DNA of 6,252 bases, taken from a virus. Its lineage: Duplodnaviria > Heunggongvirae > Uroviricota > Caudoviricetes. Shown one piece after another: positions 5,725-6,252 of this stretch. The DNA lies in IMG/VR virus record IMGVR_UViG_2778261645_000001; one strand, written 5' to 3'. The notes beneath the pieces are model-generated. The model ran no database searches. It was given only the letters and a program-made list of their open reading frames with translations, and was not told where the DNA came from. Positions within the stretch are counted from its first letter, which is position 1. Each line of letters opens with the position of its first letter. The translations under genes and the position numbers were made by a program.

Positions 5725-5985
5725 TTAACCGCCCCACTAATCGGGAGAAGAGCGATAACCACAGAGAGGGAAGCTCCTTTCTTAACCGACTTCTTAAACA
5801 ATCTTTACAGACCCCGTTCACCAGTCTCAATATTTTATTTCTCGCTCTTCGTTTGTTGCTCGTTTCTATTATTGAGGGGGTTTGAAAAACCTCTGTAAAA
5901 TAACCCTTCCAGTAAAAAGCGAATAACCCCAGAAAGGGGAATCGCCTCTTTAACATTCTCGTAATCAGCACTCTATATGAGAATC

Positions 5986-6192
5986 TTAGCTCAACCTTTG
6001 AACAATCTTGTAAGTGGTGCTTAGAGGCATTCTTAGCGATTCTGCGATGCTCTTGATGGGTTGCCCTTGGTCATACATTTTAATCAACCTGTCAAGCGTC
6101 TGTGCATCGTGTATATGAGGTCTTCCACGTAAACCACCCCTATTAACCACGGCAAGTAAAAGCATTGTGTCACCACAATAGATTGTCTGGGT
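5986..6192 (-). pseudogene. 3' fragment (68 codons plus stop) of a small serine recombinase (resolvase/invertase family), truncated at the IS boundary
   Basis: The minus-strand frame open from 6192 to the stop at 5988-5986 translates to TQTIYCGDTMLLLAVVNRGGLRGRPHIHDAQTLDRLIKMYDQGQPIKSIAESLRMPLSTTYKIVQRLS. The GRP followed by ...G-x-x-I-x-x-I-A-x-x-L-x-x-x-x-S/T-T-x-Y-K pattern matches the C-terminal HTH of resolvases such as gamma-delta, Hin and Gin. The catalytic N-terminal part would have lain where the IS now sits. Not in the ORF track because it has no in-window start. Confidence 0.55.
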
Positions 6193-6252
6193 TGAACCGC
6201 CCCGGAAATCCTGGAGACTAAACTCCCTGAGAAAGAGGTAAACAGGATGACT
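6193..6252 (+). mobile_element. Left terminus (IRL) of a second IS629-like element, including the orfA ribosome-binding site and start codon (ATG 6247-6249)
   Basis: TGAACCGCCCCGGAAATCCTGGAGACTAAACTCCCTGAGAAAGAGGTAAACAGGATGACT matches my recollection of the IS629 left end and orfA start (MT...), with one or two differences. It is the inverted complement of 36-60. Same orientation as the copy at the window start. Confidence 0.75.

Noticed and set aside
5748-5760. DnaA box at agcgataaccaca
   Set aside because: ATAACCACA matches the TTATCCACA consensus at only 7 of 9 positions and occurs once. Insufficient to call an origin.
5657-5971. 104-aa minus-strand ORF across the tandem-repeat region
   Set aside because: GTG start with no Shine-Dalgarno sequence. 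The Arg/Leu-rich, low-complexity product is what translation of AT-rich repeat DNA gives. It overlaps repeats that are better explained as non-coding.

Overview
This 6.25-kb window is a roughly 6.1-kb, low-GC (about 38-40% by eye), phage-like segment bracketed by the termini of two directly oriented IS3-family insertion sequences that I recognise as IS629-like (from memory, not searched). All convincing coding sequence in the cargo is on the minus strand. Reading right to left: a near-consensus sigma70 promoter (4943-4971) drives a tightly coupled operon of six small genes (185, 92, 90, 76, 69 and 109 aa), including a ribbon-helix-helix-like protein and an HNH_3-like protein whose expected catalytic His is Arg. 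After a 435-bp gap come a 235-aa and a 71-aa gene, then about 400 codons of a tape-measure-domain gene whose frame runs straight into the left IS terminus. The right 1.3 kb is mostly non-coding and unusually structured: back-to-back divergent promoters with four TGTTAA hexamers, a two-copy 100-120 bp element with conserved inverted termini (copies at 3198-3318 and 5125-5222), a candidate 58-aa hydrophobic peptide ORF, two 95-bp tandem repeats with an embedded hairpin, and a reiterated CTTYTTAAC motif. Abutting the right IS is the 3' 68 codons of a small serine recombinase (resolvase/invertase HTH), which is absent from the ORF track. No rRNA, tRNA or CRISPR array was seen. All homology statements are motif recognition by eye and need HMM/BLAST confirmation; most small proteins have no assignable function.
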